DNA from: an uncultured delta proteobacterium
GTDB taxonomy: Bacteria; Myxococcota_A; Polyangia; Polyangiales; Polyangiaceae
DNA: 64,000 nt
NCBI GenBank assembly: GCA_963696385.1
Contig: CAVOKF010000005.1
Span: forward strand, 1,120,001 to 1,184,000
Direction: 5' to 3'
Position numbers and translations under genes: made by a program. Below, in pieces: positions 10,451 through 19,955 of the stretch (position 1 is the stretch's first letter; each line of letters begins with the position of its first letter). The notes under the pieces are model-generated. The model ran no database searches, was not told where the DNA came from, and saw only the letters and a program-made list of their open reading frames with translations.

Positions 10451-12553
10451 ATGTCGACAAATGGGGACGGAGAGGTACACTTTTTGGCCGTGCCGGGTGG
10501 TCCCGTCCTTGTCGTCGACGACGATACCGTCAGTCGACACGTCCTCATCCAGGCGCTGGCGCACGCGGATCTTCCGCATATGGCCGTCGCGTCGGGCACC
10601 GAGGCACTCGCGCAAATCGACAAGATCAGCCCTTCGATCGTGTTGCTCGATCTCGTGATGCCGCCACCCGACGGCTACCAGATCTTGCGTATTCTGAGAT
10701 CCCGACCCGATACGCGCGACCTTCCTGTCGTCGTGTTGACGGCCCTCGAGGCGGACGAGGAAATCGCAAAGGTCTTCGAGGCCGGGGCCGACGACTTCGT
10801 TCGGAAGCCCTTCAAGCCCGTCGAGCTGGTGGCGCGGATACGGGGTCAGCTTCGCATTCGTGGATTCGTCGAGGCGCTCGCGAAGAAGGAGCAGGACGCA
10901 CGGTTGGTGCTCGAGCTCACGCGCGCCCTGGCGTCCAACCTCGACTTCCGGGGCATCCTCTTTACCGTCGTCCAGCGAATCGCCGAGGTGGCCAAGGTCG
11001 ATCGCGTGAGCATCGTCCTCGTGCGTGAGGCAGGCGACGTCGGATACGTCGTCGCAGCGAGCGACGACGAGCAGCTTCGCGACTTGCCGATCGATCTCGC
11101 TAACTACCCCGAGATCCAGCAGGTGCTGAGCAGTCGCGAACCTCTGGTCATCGCGGACGTAGCGACTCACCCACTGCTCGAGATTGTCCGTCACGAGGGG
11201 CACAAGAGCGTGTTCAGCTCGCTCGCGATCCTGCCGATCCTTTACGAGTCGCGCCCCATGGGGGTCCTGTTTCTTCGAGCAAAGCAGGCATTCACGTTCG
11301 CGGATCGCGAGCTCGGGCTCTGCCGAACCGTGTCGAATGCCATGGCGATCGCGCTGCGCAACGCGCGGGTGATGCAGACGCTGCGCGATCAGACGCAGCA
11401 AGTCACCGTGGCCCGCTTCGAGGCCGAGCGTCGACTGCGGACGCTGCAGCGCTACGCCGACTTTTTCGAAAGTGCGGCGGATGGCATCATCGTCATCGAC
11501 GCAGAAGGGCATCTCTTGTTTTCGAATCCGCGCACGCAGACCATCACGGGCTACAGCGAGGCCGATTTGCGGGGGCGCCGGGTCGGAGATTTGCTGGCGG
11601 GCGAGGACGCGGGCCTGGCTCACGATCTTCGTCTCGGCTTCGCGCAGGGGCGGTATCCGCAGAACGTCGACGTCCACGTGCGCAAGAAAGGGGGAGACGT
11701 CGCGATCTTGAGCGTGAACTTCAATTCGGTGCTCCGTGAGGAAGGCGTCGTACTCTGCACTTTTCGCGACGTGACCGCCGAACGTGCGGTCGAAAACGAA
11801 CTTCTCAAGACCAAGGACTTCCTTCAGCGCATCATCGATTCGTCCGTCGATGCCATCGTGAGTGCAGACCTTCGCGGCCGTATTTTGCTCGCGAACCCCG
11901 CTGCCGAACGGATTTACGGCATCCCCGCGGCCGAGTTGCTCGGGTGCGACGTGAGCACCCGATATCCTCGAGGAGTCGCGCGCGACGTCATGCGCCTGAT
12001 ACGGGCCGGAGGCGGTCGCGTGCAAGGCCTTCGCACCGAGCTCCTCAATGTGAGCGGAGAGCCGGTCCCCGTCTCCCTCTCGGCGGCGCTCATCTACGAA
12101 GCCGGGGTGCCCGTTGGCAGCGTCGGCATCTTCACGGATCTGCGCGAAAAGGTTCGCATGGAACAGCGCCTCGCGCAGGCGCAGGAGCAAATCCTCGCCC
12201 AGGAGCGTCAGGCCATCGTGGCGGAGCTGGCGGGCGCCGCGGCCCACGAGCTCAACCAGCCGCTCACGATCGTGATGGGGTATGCCGAGCTGCTGAAGCG
12301 CCGGTTGGAGCCCGCCACGGCACCTCACTCGGCCGCCGAGGTCATTTTCAACGAGGCGGAGCGGATGGCCGATATCGTGCGCAAGATCGGCAAGATCACC
12401 CGATACGAGACGAAATCGTACGTCGGCCGGGCGCGCATTCTCGATCTGGACCGATCGGCGCCCGCATCGGTGCGCGACGATGACGTCCTGGCGGCTGCCA
12501 ACGACGATCGGTCCGCCATCGTGAAACCCGTCGCCGGTCAGCACGGCAAATAG
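10451..12553 (+). CDS. REC-GAF-PAS-PAS-HisKA signalling protein lacking a HATPase domain
   Basis: VLVVDDD / LLDLVMP / KPF receiver, GAF, two PAS domains, H-box AAHELNQPL; stops about 100 aa later with no N/G1/F/G2 boxes. Confidence 0.9.
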   Translation: MSTNGDGEVHFLAVPGGPVLVVDDDTVSRHVLIQALAHADLPHMAVASGTEALAQIDKISPSIVLLDLVMPPPDGYQILRILRSRPDTRDLPVVVLTALEADEEIAKVFEAGADDFVRKPFKPVELVARIRGQLRIRGFVEALAKKEQDARLVLELTRALASNLDFRGILFTVVQRIAEVAKVDRVSIVLVREAGDVGYVVAASDDEQLRDLPIDLANYPEIQQVLSSREPLVIADVATHPLLEIVRHEGHKSVFSSLAILPILYESRPMGVLFLRAKQAFTFADRELGLCRTVSNAMAIALRNARVMQTLRDQTQQVTVARFEAERRLRTLQRYADFFESAADGIIVIDAEGHLLFSNPRTQTITGYSEADLRGRRVGDLLAGEDAGLAHDLRLGFAQGRYPQNVDVHVRKKGGDVAILSVNFNSVLREEGVVLCTFRDVTAERAVENELLKTKDFLQRIIDSSVDAIVSADLRGRILLANPAAERIYGIPAAELLGCDVSTRYPRGVARDVMRLIRAGGGRVQGLRTELLNVSGEPVPVSLSAALIYEAGVPVGSVGIFTDLREKVRMEQRLAQAQEQILAQERQAIVAELAGAAAHELNQPLTIVMGYAELLKRRLEPATAPHSAAEVIFNEAERMADIVRKIGKITRYETKSYVGRARILDLDRSAPASVRDDDVLAAANDDRSAIVKPVAGQHGK

Positions 12554-13861
12554 GTGTCCCGCATGCGCAAGCGTTCGATGGATGGACCGGGCAGCCGGGG
12601 GGCAGAGACGCTCGGCGACGGCGACGGCGCGGCTCCGGTCAGCGACACGGAGCTCTCGTCATCCCGACCGCGCGTGCCGGACCTGGTGCCGAGTGCATGG
12701 CTGGACCGCCTTCTCGTCGCCGCAATCGATCTGCCGCTTCCGAGCGGGGAGCGCGCCGTCGTCGAGACACTGATAGCGGCTGCGGCGGACATCGTACCCG
12801 CGCATGCGGTGGGCGCGTGTCTCGTGCCCGAACCAGGCGCGAACCGTCTCGCCCGTGTGGTCGTGCGCAAGCTTCCCGAGGGGGTGAGGGACCGACCGGG
12901 CCCCAGCGATCCGACCCGGATCTTCCCGGAGTTCGCGCACGAGTATGTCGTCGGCGTTCCGTCGGACCCGATGGGATCGACGCTGCACTTGGCGTCCGAT
13001 GACGAGAATCTGGACGCTGCCCGCTCGCCTGCGGTTCGTCTCATCGAAAGAGTGGCGATGATCCTCGGACGTGCGCTCCCGAACGCCCGGGCTGCCGTGG
13101 CGGCTGCCGCGGGCGCCAACCGAAACACGCGGCGTCTCGAGAGAAGAATGATCCAGGCCGAAAAACTGGCCACATTCGGACAGCTGGCGGCCGGTTTGGT
13201 GCACGAGCTCAACAACCCGCTCACCTCGATTGTCGCTTATTCGGACTTTCTCATCCGCAAGGCTGCCGAAGAGGGCCGTCGCCGCGAAGCGGACGACGTC
13301 GAGAGGCTGCGCCGGATCAGCGAATCGGCGAATCGGATGCTTCGATTCACGCGCGAGCTCGTGACGTACGCACGACCTTCGAGCGACGCGACCGGAGCGG
13401 TCGTCCTGCAGGAAGTGGTCGACCGGGCCGTCGCGTTCTGCGAGCACGTTCTGGCGGCGGCTGGCGTGCGCGTCGAGCGGCGCTACGGCCCCGACATCCT
13501 CATCGTCCGTGGCGTGAGCGAGCAATTGGTCCAGGTATTCGTCAACCTGCTCACCAATGCGTGTCAGGCCGCCCCCCCGACCGGCGGGCGCGTGGTCTTG
13601 ACGACATCGGTGCGGGTGAGCGAGCGAGATCGTCGGGCCGTCGTCTCCGTATCCGACAATGGGGCCGGCATTGCCCCCGAGCACCTGCCGCAAGTCTTCG
13701 TTCCGTTCTTCACGACCAAACGAGAGAGTCATGGCACAGGCCTCGGTCTTTCCATCGTGAAGAGCATCATCGAAAGCCACGACGGCGAGATTCGCGTCGA
13801 CAGCGAGGTCGGGCGCGGTGCTCGATTCGTCGTCGAGCTCCCGGTCGACAGCAAGACGTGA
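12554..13861 (+). CDS. Cytoplasmic sensor histidine kinase (NtrB-like)
   Basis: VHELNNPL, NLLTNA, DNGAGI, PFFTTK, GTGLGL; exact start uncertain. Confidence 0.92.
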   Translation: MSRMRKRSMDGPGSRGAETLGDGDGAAPVSDTELSSSRPRVPDLVPSAWLDRLLVAAIDLPLPSGERAVVETLIAAAADIVPAHAVGACLVPEPGANRLARVVVRKLPEGVRDRPGPSDPTRIFPEFAHEYVVGVPSDPMGSTLHLASDDENLDAARSPAVRLIERVAMILGRALPNARAAVAAAAGANRNTRRLERRMIQAEKLATFGQLAAGLVHELNNPLTSIVAYSDFLIRKAAEEGRRREADDVERLRRISESANRMLRFTRELVTYARPSSDATGAVVLQEVVDRAVAFCEHVLAAAGVRVERRYGPDILIVRGVSEQLVQVFVNLLTNACQAAPPTGGRVVLTTSVRVSERDRRAVVSVSDNGAGIAPEHLPQVFVPFFTTKRESHGTGLGLSIVKSIIESHDGEIRVDSEVGRGARFVVELPVDSKT

Positions 13862-14015
13862 AGGAGGGGCCGGGGCTCCCGGTCCTTGCCTATCTCGTTG
13901 CGGTCGAGCCACCGGCGCGGTCGTTTCATCGATGGCCAAGCCATCGCGGCGCGTTTTCCTGAAACTCGTTTACACCGGCTTTCGCGGTCAGCTACCGTTT
14001 GCGCCGGAACCCGTG

Positions 14016-14771
14016 ATGATTCGTGTGTCGCGAAGAGCGAGGGCCGTGCGTCCGGCGTACATTGTCTCCACCCTCGTCTTCGGGCTTGCCGTGATTTTCG
14101 GCGCGCCTCTCTTTGCCGGCGCAATCCCCGCCGCGACTGTTCATGGCAAGGTGGTGGGGTGGGAAAAACTTCTGCCGCAAGTGTACGCCGAGGGCGCCAA
14201 GAACGACTCACACAGTTACACGTGGCGAGAGCCGTCGCCCACGGTGAAGCAAGATTTTCGGAAGCTGTCCGCGAACGTCTCGCGTGACGTCTGCGTGGCG
14301 GCGCTGGCCATCGGGTCGCAAGGGCACGAGCACGACCCCGTTTCGATCAAGGTAACGGGCGGCCGCATTACGCCCGCGACGATTGTGCTGGCTCCGGGCT
14401 CGCGCCTCAGCTTCAAGAACGTCGACCCGTTCGCGCATACCCTCTACGAGGTGGCGAACGACAAGTGGGCGGCGAATCCTCTGGCCCCGAGCTCGACGCG
14501 CGAGTGGGCCGCAACGGCGCCGGGCCTGCACGTGATTCGTGACGAGCTCTTCCCGAGCGTCGTCATGTACATCGTGGTCGATGCGGCGGCTGTCGAGTTC
14601 GCGCTTCCGGATCACGAGGGTGGCTTCGCCATGGCCCTGCCGCAAGGTGACTACACCCTGAAGGCATTTTTCGACGGCAAACCCGTCGGAAGGGAGGCGC
14701 CGATTCACGTCGTCGGCGGCGTCCTCGATATGAGGGAGCCCATGGTCTTGGGAGGCGGTGATTCGAAGTGA
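14016..14771 (+). CDS. Exported protein with cupredoxin-like and carboxypeptidase-regulatory-like beta domains
   Basis: Signal peptide; ITPATIVLAPGSRLSFKNVDPFAHTL; PDHEGGFAMALPQGDYTLKAF. Confidence 0.65.
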   Translation: MIRVSRRARAVRPAYIVSTLVFGLAVIFGAPLFAGAIPAATVHGKVVGWEKLLPQVYAEGAKNDSHSYTWREPSPTVKQDFRKLSANVSRDVCVAALAIGSQGHEHDPVSIKVTGGRITPATIVLAPGSRLSFKNVDPFAHTLYEVANDKWAANPLAPSSTREWAATAPGLHVIRDELFPSVVMYIVVDAAAVEFALPDHEGGFAMALPQGDYTLKAFFDGKPVGREAPIHVVGGVLDMREPMVLGGGDSK

Positions 14772-16558
14772 TGGTCTTGTCGCGCGTATGGTACGTCCTT
14801 CTCGGCGTTGCCGTCGCCGTGGCGCTCTACGTCGTCTACGTCGCGGTGGGCCAATACAATCGGCAGACCATGCGCGCGCTCAAGGAGGGGCTCGCGTCGG
14901 ACAGCCAGACGGTCGAGTGGGCCCTCAAAATCGACGCTCGGCGTCGCATCGACGCGCTCCTTGTAGGCAGCGTCGACGCCACGTTGCAGCAGGCGCTGGT
15001 CGCCGCAAACTCGACCAAGGATGGCCGCGTCTCCGATAAGTCCAAAGGCGACGCCAAAAAAGCACTCGCTTCGATCAGCGACAACATTCCTGCCGACTGG
15101 CGGAGCGACGCTCTCTTCGCCGTCGATCGTGACGGGCAGGTCGTCGCCCAGGTCGGCTTCGACGCCGTAGCCGGGAACGATGACTTCGAACTCGGGGGCT
15201 ACGGGGCGGTCAACGACGCACTGCACGGTTGGCTTCGCGACGATGTGTGGCTGCTCGGCAGCAAGATCTATGTCGTCGCTGCCCGTCCCGTGGAGTACGA
15301 CGCCACGCAACGCCCGGCGGGCGCGATCGTCGGGTTGAAGGAGGTCAGCAAGAAGTTCGCGGAGGACCTTGCGAAGAGGACGCGCACCAGTCTCGCCTTC
15401 TTCGCGGCGGGCAGGAGTGTCGCCAGTGGCGTCGGCGTCGAAGGCTTCGATCCGGAGCAACTCGACGCCATCGGCAACGACCTGAAGACCGTCGACGCCC
15501 AGGCGTACGGCGAGGCGGGGCGCACCGATGCGCGAATGCTTTCCGACGATCTGGGGGCCACGTATGCGCGATTGCCCGGCGACATTTGGCCCATGGGCGG
15601 AGGATTCGCCGTGGTGCGCACGCGCACCGTTCTCGCCGGACCGACAAGCTTCTTGAGCAACGCCGACGATAAGGACAAAGCCAACGTCCCCTGGCTTCTG
15701 CTGGTCTGCGTGGTTGGCGTGGCTGCGGCCGTGGGCCTGGCCGCCACGGCGATCGAGCACTCGGCGCCGCTTGCCGAGCTGGTCATGCAGGCGACTCGTC
15801 TCAAAGAGGGGACGATGGAAATGCTGCAAGTGGCGCGTCTGCGCGGCGCCTACCGACTGGCAGCTCAAAACATCAACGAAGGCATCGAGCGATCGATCGA
15901 AAAAGCCGGTGGGGTGACCCGCAAGCCGGCCGATCTCGAAGCGATCCTCGGACCGGCGCCAGCCCAACCGTCGATGAGCGCTTTCTCGTTCCTGAACTCC
16001 GATGCCGGTGTGGCGCCCGACCTCCCGCCGCCGGTTCTGCCCGCTCGGCCGCCGCCCCCCGCAGCCACCAAGCCGCTACCGTTCGGGGACATTCCACCCT
16101 CGGCGTTTTCTTTGCCCGATGCGCCGTCTCCCGGTGCGAAGCCAGCTCCTGCACCCCCAGGCAAGCCGCTCCCGCCTCCGACTTCCTTACCGCAGGGGCT
16201 GCCGCAATCGCACTTGCCGCTGGTAAGAGGGGTCGCCACCATCTCGGGCGTATCTCCGAGCGATGACGACGACGCCACCACGGTCGGTGCCGTGCCGGCC
16301 GAGCTGTTGGCGCAGGCGACAGGCGACCAGGTCGCCCCCGAGGAGAGGTCCGAATGGCTTGCGGTCTTCGATGATTTCGTCCGGACCAAGCGCCAATGCG
16401 GAGAGCCGGTCGACGGGCTCACCTTCGAGAAGTTCGCGCGAAAGCTCAAGGAGAATCGCGACGCGCTCGTGCTGCGTCACGCTTGCCGGCGAGTCCGATT
16501 CAGTGTGTATGTCAAGGACGGGCGCGCCTCGCTGAAGGCGGTGCCGGTGCGCCACTGA
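14768..16558 (+). CDS. MXAN_5187-family membrane protein (TM, Cache-like, TM, Pro-rich linker, conserved C-terminal domain)
   Basis: C-terminus FVRTKRQCGEPVDGLTFEKF...VRFSVYVKDGRASLKA recalled as the MXAN_5187 C-terminal domain. Confidence 0.78.
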   Translation: MMVLSRVWYVLLGVAVAVALYVVYVAVGQYNRQTMRALKEGLASDSQTVEWALKIDARRRIDALLVGSVDATLQQALVAANSTKDGRVSDKSKGDAKKALASISDNIPADWRSDALFAVDRDGQVVAQVGFDAVAGNDDFELGGYGAVNDALHGWLRDDVWLLGSKIYVVAARPVEYDATQRPAGAIVGLKEVSKKFAEDLAKRTRTSLAFFAAGRSVASGVGVEGFDPEQLDAIGNDLKTVDAQAYGEAGRTDARMLSDDLGATYARLPGDIWPMGGGFAVVRTRTVLAGPTSFLSNADDKDKANVPWLLLVCVVGVAAAVGLAATAIEHSAPLAELVMQATRLKEGTMEMLQVARLRGAYRLAAQNINEGIERSIEKAGGVTRKPADLEAILGPAPAQPSMSAFSFLNSDAGVAPDLPPPVLPARPPPPAATKPLPFGDIPPSAFSLPDAPSPGAKPAPAPPGKPLPPPTSLPQGLPQSHLPLVRGVATISGVSPSDDDDATTVGAVPAELLAQATGDQVAPEERSEWLAVFDDFVRTKRQCGEPVDGLTFEKFARKLKENRDALVLRHACRRVRFSVYVKDGRASLKAVPVRH

Positions 16559-16629
16559 GGAGATGTCACGACGGGGGTTCCGGTCCTGGCGTACCCCCGG
16601 CCGCATCGCTAACTTTGGCGCGCCCATCC

Positions 16630-17592
16630 ATGAATCATTTGCAAGTGCGCGAGGTCATCGTCGTCGGATCGGGTCCTGCCGGTCACACCGCGGCTATTTA
16701 TGCTGCGCGGGCGAACCTGAAGCCGTTGATGATCGAGGGGCTCACGCGCGGCGGCATTCCGGGCGGCCAGCTGATGATCACGAACGACGTCGAAAACTTT
16801 CCGGGATTTCCACAAAAAATCGCAGGCCCCGAGCTCATGAGGGCCTTTCGTGAACAATCGCTGGCCCAAGGCGTCGAGATCGTCACGGACGACGTCCTTC
16901 GGGTGGATCTGCGCCATCGACCGTTCACGGTATGGGTCGGCGAAGACATGGTCGAGTATCGATCTCGCACCGTCGTCGTGGCGACCGGAGCTCAGGCCAA
17001 GTGGCTGGGCCTCGAAAGCGAAGCCGCACTGCTCGGCAGAGGGGTGAGCGCGTGCGCCGTTTGCGACGGTGCATTCTTTCGCGGCCAAGACGTTGTGGTG
17101 GTCGGCGGCGGCGACACGGCCATGGAGGAGGCGACGTATCTGGCTGGTCTCTGCCGGAGCGTTACGCTCGTACACCGCAGGCAGGAATTTCGCGCGTGCA
17201 AGACCATGCAGGACAGGGTGCTCAACAACCCGAAGATCCGGGTCGTCTTCGATGCCCAGGTCGAGGAAGTGCTCGACGTGGGCCTCGGCGAAGTGACCGG
17301 CGTTCGCATCCACGTTCGTACGAAAGAATCGGTGGTGGTGCCCTGTACCGGCCTCTTTGTGGCCATTGGCCACACCCCGAACACGGATCTGTTCCGAGGG
17401 CAGATCGAACTGCACGACAGCGGCTACATCAAAACGAAAGCCGGAAGCACCTATACGAGTGTGCCGGGAGTTTTTGCTTGCGGTGACGTTCAGGATTTCA
17501 CCTACCGCCAGGCGGTGACGGCGGCGGGGAGCGGATGCATGGCCGCTCTCGATGCGGAGCGCTGGATGGTTATGGCCGAAGGCGACGCCTGA
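16630..17592 (+). CDS. trxB: Thioredoxin-disulfide reductase
   Basis: GSGPAG, GGQLMIT, SACAVCDG, GGGDTAMEEA, HRR, GDVQD...RQAVTAAG. Confidence 0.97.
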   Translation: MNHLQVREVIVVGSGPAGHTAAIYAARANLKPLMIEGLTRGGIPGGQLMITNDVENFPGFPQKIAGPELMRAFREQSLAQGVEIVTDDVLRVDLRHRPFTVWVGEDMVEYRSRTVVVATGAQAKWLGLESEAALLGRGVSACAVCDGAFFRGQDVVVVGGGDTAMEEATYLAGLCRSVTLVHRRQEFRACKTMQDRVLNNPKIRVVFDAQVEEVLDVGLGEVTGVRIHVRTKESVVVPCTGLFVAIGHTPNTDLFRGQIELHDSGYIKTKAGSTYTSVPGVFACGDVQDFTYRQAVTAAGSGCMAALDAERWMVMAEGDA

Positions 17593-17671
17593 TCTCCTCG
17601 GCGCGAGCCGTCGCGAGCCTCGTGTGGAGTGATCCGTTGCCGGTGTTGACGTACGCTCGGCGCGGCAACCG

Positions 17672-18169
17672 ATGACGTCCTCCGCTCCTCCCCCGGACGG
17701 GATCTTGACCGAGCGCGAGGGTCAGCTAGCGCGCGTCCCGTTCTTCGACGGACTCACGCAGGAGGCCCTGGCGCTCATCGCGCGCGCCACCACGGAAGAG
17801 TCGCACGTCACGGGAACGAAAATCTTTCAATATGGTGATTTGGGCGACAAGCTCTTCATCATTCTCGATGGCAAAGTGCGGATTTCCCGCGAGATCGCAG
17901 GTATGGGCGAGGAGGCCCTGGCCATCCTGGGTCCCGGTCAAGTGTTCGGCGAAATGTCGCTCATCGACGAATTCCCGCGGTCGGCGGATGCCCGTGTCCA
18001 CGAGCGTTGCCGACTGCTGGTGATCCGGAAGGAGGAATTCGACGACCTGTTATTTGTCCACAAGGACCTCGCGTACGAGGTGCTCTGGAACTGCGTGCGG
18101 ATTCTTTCGGCTCGATTGCGCGAGACGAACGACAAGCTCACGTTTCTGACGACGAGCAGTCGCTTTTGA
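17672..18169 (+). CDS. Stand-alone cyclic-nucleotide-binding domain protein
   Basis: IFQYGDLGDKLFIILDGKVRI, FGEMSLIDEFPRSADA; no HTH. Confidence 0.9.
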   Translation: MTSSAPPPDGILTEREGQLARVPFFDGLTQEALALIARATTEESHVTGTKIFQYGDLGDKLFIILDGKVRISREIAGMGEEALAILGPGQVFGEMSLIDEFPRSADARVHERCRLLVIRKEEFDDLLFVHKDLAYEVLWNCVRILSARLRETNDKLTFLTTSSRF

Positions 18170-18219
18170 GCAGCCGGGTTCTCAGCCCGGATCCGGGTGC
18201 CGTCACACGGCGACAGCAC

Positions 18220-18897
18220 GTGTTTGCCGTAGTGGCGCGCTCCGGCCTCGTCGGATTCGCGCTCGTCGCCGTGGCATGCGGCACAGTCCCGCCGACCGCG
18301 CCGTGGCCAACGGTGCCGGAGCACTCCGCGGCATCCGGGGCCGCTTCCGCCCCAATCCGCAACGCGAACGACGGCAAGGAAATGCCATCGGAACCCACGC
18401 CGGCCCCCCCCGGCGTGCTCGTACCGACACCGCCACCTTCGGCTCCGATCGAGATGAAGTCCCCGCAGCCGAGCTCGCGGGTCGCCGATTTGCGCGCTCT
18501 CGGCCTGGACGCGACCCATCTGCCGTCGATCGAGCGGGTCGACCCGAGGGCGCTGCGAGGCGTCATGACGCTCATCGCCAAGTCGCTCGGAGTCAAGTGC
18601 GCCGACTGCCATCAGGAGGGCGACTTCGCGGCGCCGACTCGCCGAAAGAAGATTGCTGCGCGCATGTGGGACGAGTTCGCCGTCAGGCTCTCGATGGCCG
18701 ACGGATCGCCGCTGTTCTGCGACTCGTGCCATCAAGGTCGTGTCGTGCAACTGGACCGGAGCGACGAGAAGCGGCTCTCGCATTGGATGGACGACAACTT
18801 CGTCGCGAAGCTCGCGCGTAAGGACGGACAATCGCACGAGTGCGCGACATGCCACGTGGACATGAAGATGCGCTTTCTTTCGGAGTGGGCCCGGTGA
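18220..18897 (+). CDS. Triheme c-type cytochrome lipoprotein (PufC / reaction-centre cytochrome-like motif)
   Basis: Lipobox VAVAC; CADCH, CDSCH, CATCH; MxxIAKSLGVKCADCH...KKIAARM. Confidence 0.8.
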   Translation: MFAVVARSGLVGFALVAVACGTVPPTAPWPTVPEHSAASGAASAPIRNANDGKEMPSEPTPAPPGVLVPTPPPSAPIEMKSPQPSSRVADLRALGLDATHLPSIERVDPRALRGVMTLIAKSLGVKCADCHQEGDFAAPTRRKKIAARMWDEFAVRLSMADGSPLFCDSCHQGRVVQLDRSDEKRLSHWMDDNFVAKLARKDGQSHECATCHVDMKMRFLSEWAR

Positions 18898-18914
18898 ACT
18901 TTTGCGCCGCTTTC

Positions 18915-18943
18915 TTGACGATAGAACGTGCGTTCAGTAGCTT
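18915..18943 (+). promoter_or_regulatory. lexA sigma70-type promoter with a LexA (SOS) box in the spacer
   Basis: TTGACG (18915-18920), 17 bp, TAGCTT (18938-18943); GAAC-GTGC-GTTCAG at 18924-18937. Confidence 0.82.
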
Positions 18944-18954
18944 GGGCATACGCG

Positions 18955-19608
18955 ATGCAAGGCCTTACGCAGCGGCAGCAGATGGTGCTCGACTTCATTC
19001 GTCAGTCGATTCACGACCGCGGCTACCCGCCGACGCTTCGTGAAATCGGCGCTCGCATGGGGATCCGGTCCACCAACGGGGTAAACGATCATCTGCGAGC
19101 GCTGGAGCGCAAGGGTTACCTCACGCGCGAGGATATGAAGTCTCGTGCGCTTCGACCCACGACACTGGGAACCCCTTCCGGCGACGCGCACATCTCGGAG
19201 CCCGCAAACGACGTGGACCTGGTCGAAGTGCAGGTCGTGGGCCGTGTCGCTGCGGGTCTCCCGCTGCTTGCCCAGGAGCATATTATCGACACGGTTCGAA
19301 TCGATCGGACACTCGTCAAAGGTGGGCGAGAGGTCTTCGGCCTGAAGGTGCACGGCGATTCGATGGTCGACGCGGGAATCCTGAGCGGCGACTACATCTT
19401 CGTCAAGAAACAGCTCACCGCGAATCGCGGCGAGATCGTGGTCGCGCTCATTGGGGATGAGGCTACCGTGAAGTACTATTATCCGGAGAAGGACCATGTT
19501 CGCTTTCAGCCGGCGAACAAAAGCATGGCACCCATCTACGTGCGAGCCACCGACTTCAAGCCGACGATGCTGATCGGCATCGTCGTTGGCGTTTTTCGGC
19601 GCGTCTGA
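18955..19608 (+). CDS. lexA: SOS repressor LexA
   Basis: LTQRQQ, GYPPTLREIG, VGRVAAG cleavage site, GDSM Ser and ATVK Lys. Confidence 0.97.
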   Translation: MQGLTQRQQMVLDFIRQSIHDRGYPPTLREIGARMGIRSTNGVNDHLRALERKGYLTREDMKSRALRPTTLGTPSGDAHISEPANDVDLVEVQVVGRVAAGLPLLAQEHIIDTVRIDRTLVKGGREVFGLKVHGDSMVDAGILSGDYIFVKKQLTANRGEIVVALIGDEATVKYYYPEKDHVRFQPANKSMAPIYVRATDFKPTMLIGIVVGVFRRV

Positions 19609-19955
19609 CTGACGCCGAGAGCGGGTCCAAGACGTAGCCGCGGGGATTCGGTGAGTTCGCGCCGGGCCGTGGCTTGACCTGCCTGCGCTCGGACGCCCCA
19701 GAGGCGGTCCGCGACCGCGTTCGTGGCAGCGGCATCGCCGCACCGCGGCTCACGGCCAAAGGATACGGGTCTCGTCTGCCGTTCGTCCCCGAAACCACGA
19801 CGCCAACCGATCCCTGAATCGACGCGTCCCTTCATGCGCACCGAGTGGGGCAAGTCTGACGTCGACGCTTTGCGTCTGCTTGCGACCGTCCCGGCGAATC
19901 CTTCTCACTGCATCGACAGGTGCTCTATGCTTCCGCCCCCCCGGAGGAACGCGAC

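Noticed and set aside
10298..12544. Long antisense or alternate-frame ORFs (also 2358-3749, 40519-42201, 49757-51538, 60435-61964 and others)
   Set aside because: Shadow ORFs expected from high-GC codon bias opposite well-supported genes; no motifs.
13866..13887. Intrinsic terminator after the kinase gene
   Set aside because: A GC hairpin is present but there is no U-tract.
19609..19955. ncRNA or small gene in the gap after lexA
   Set aside because: No recognisable RNA family or convincing coding signal.
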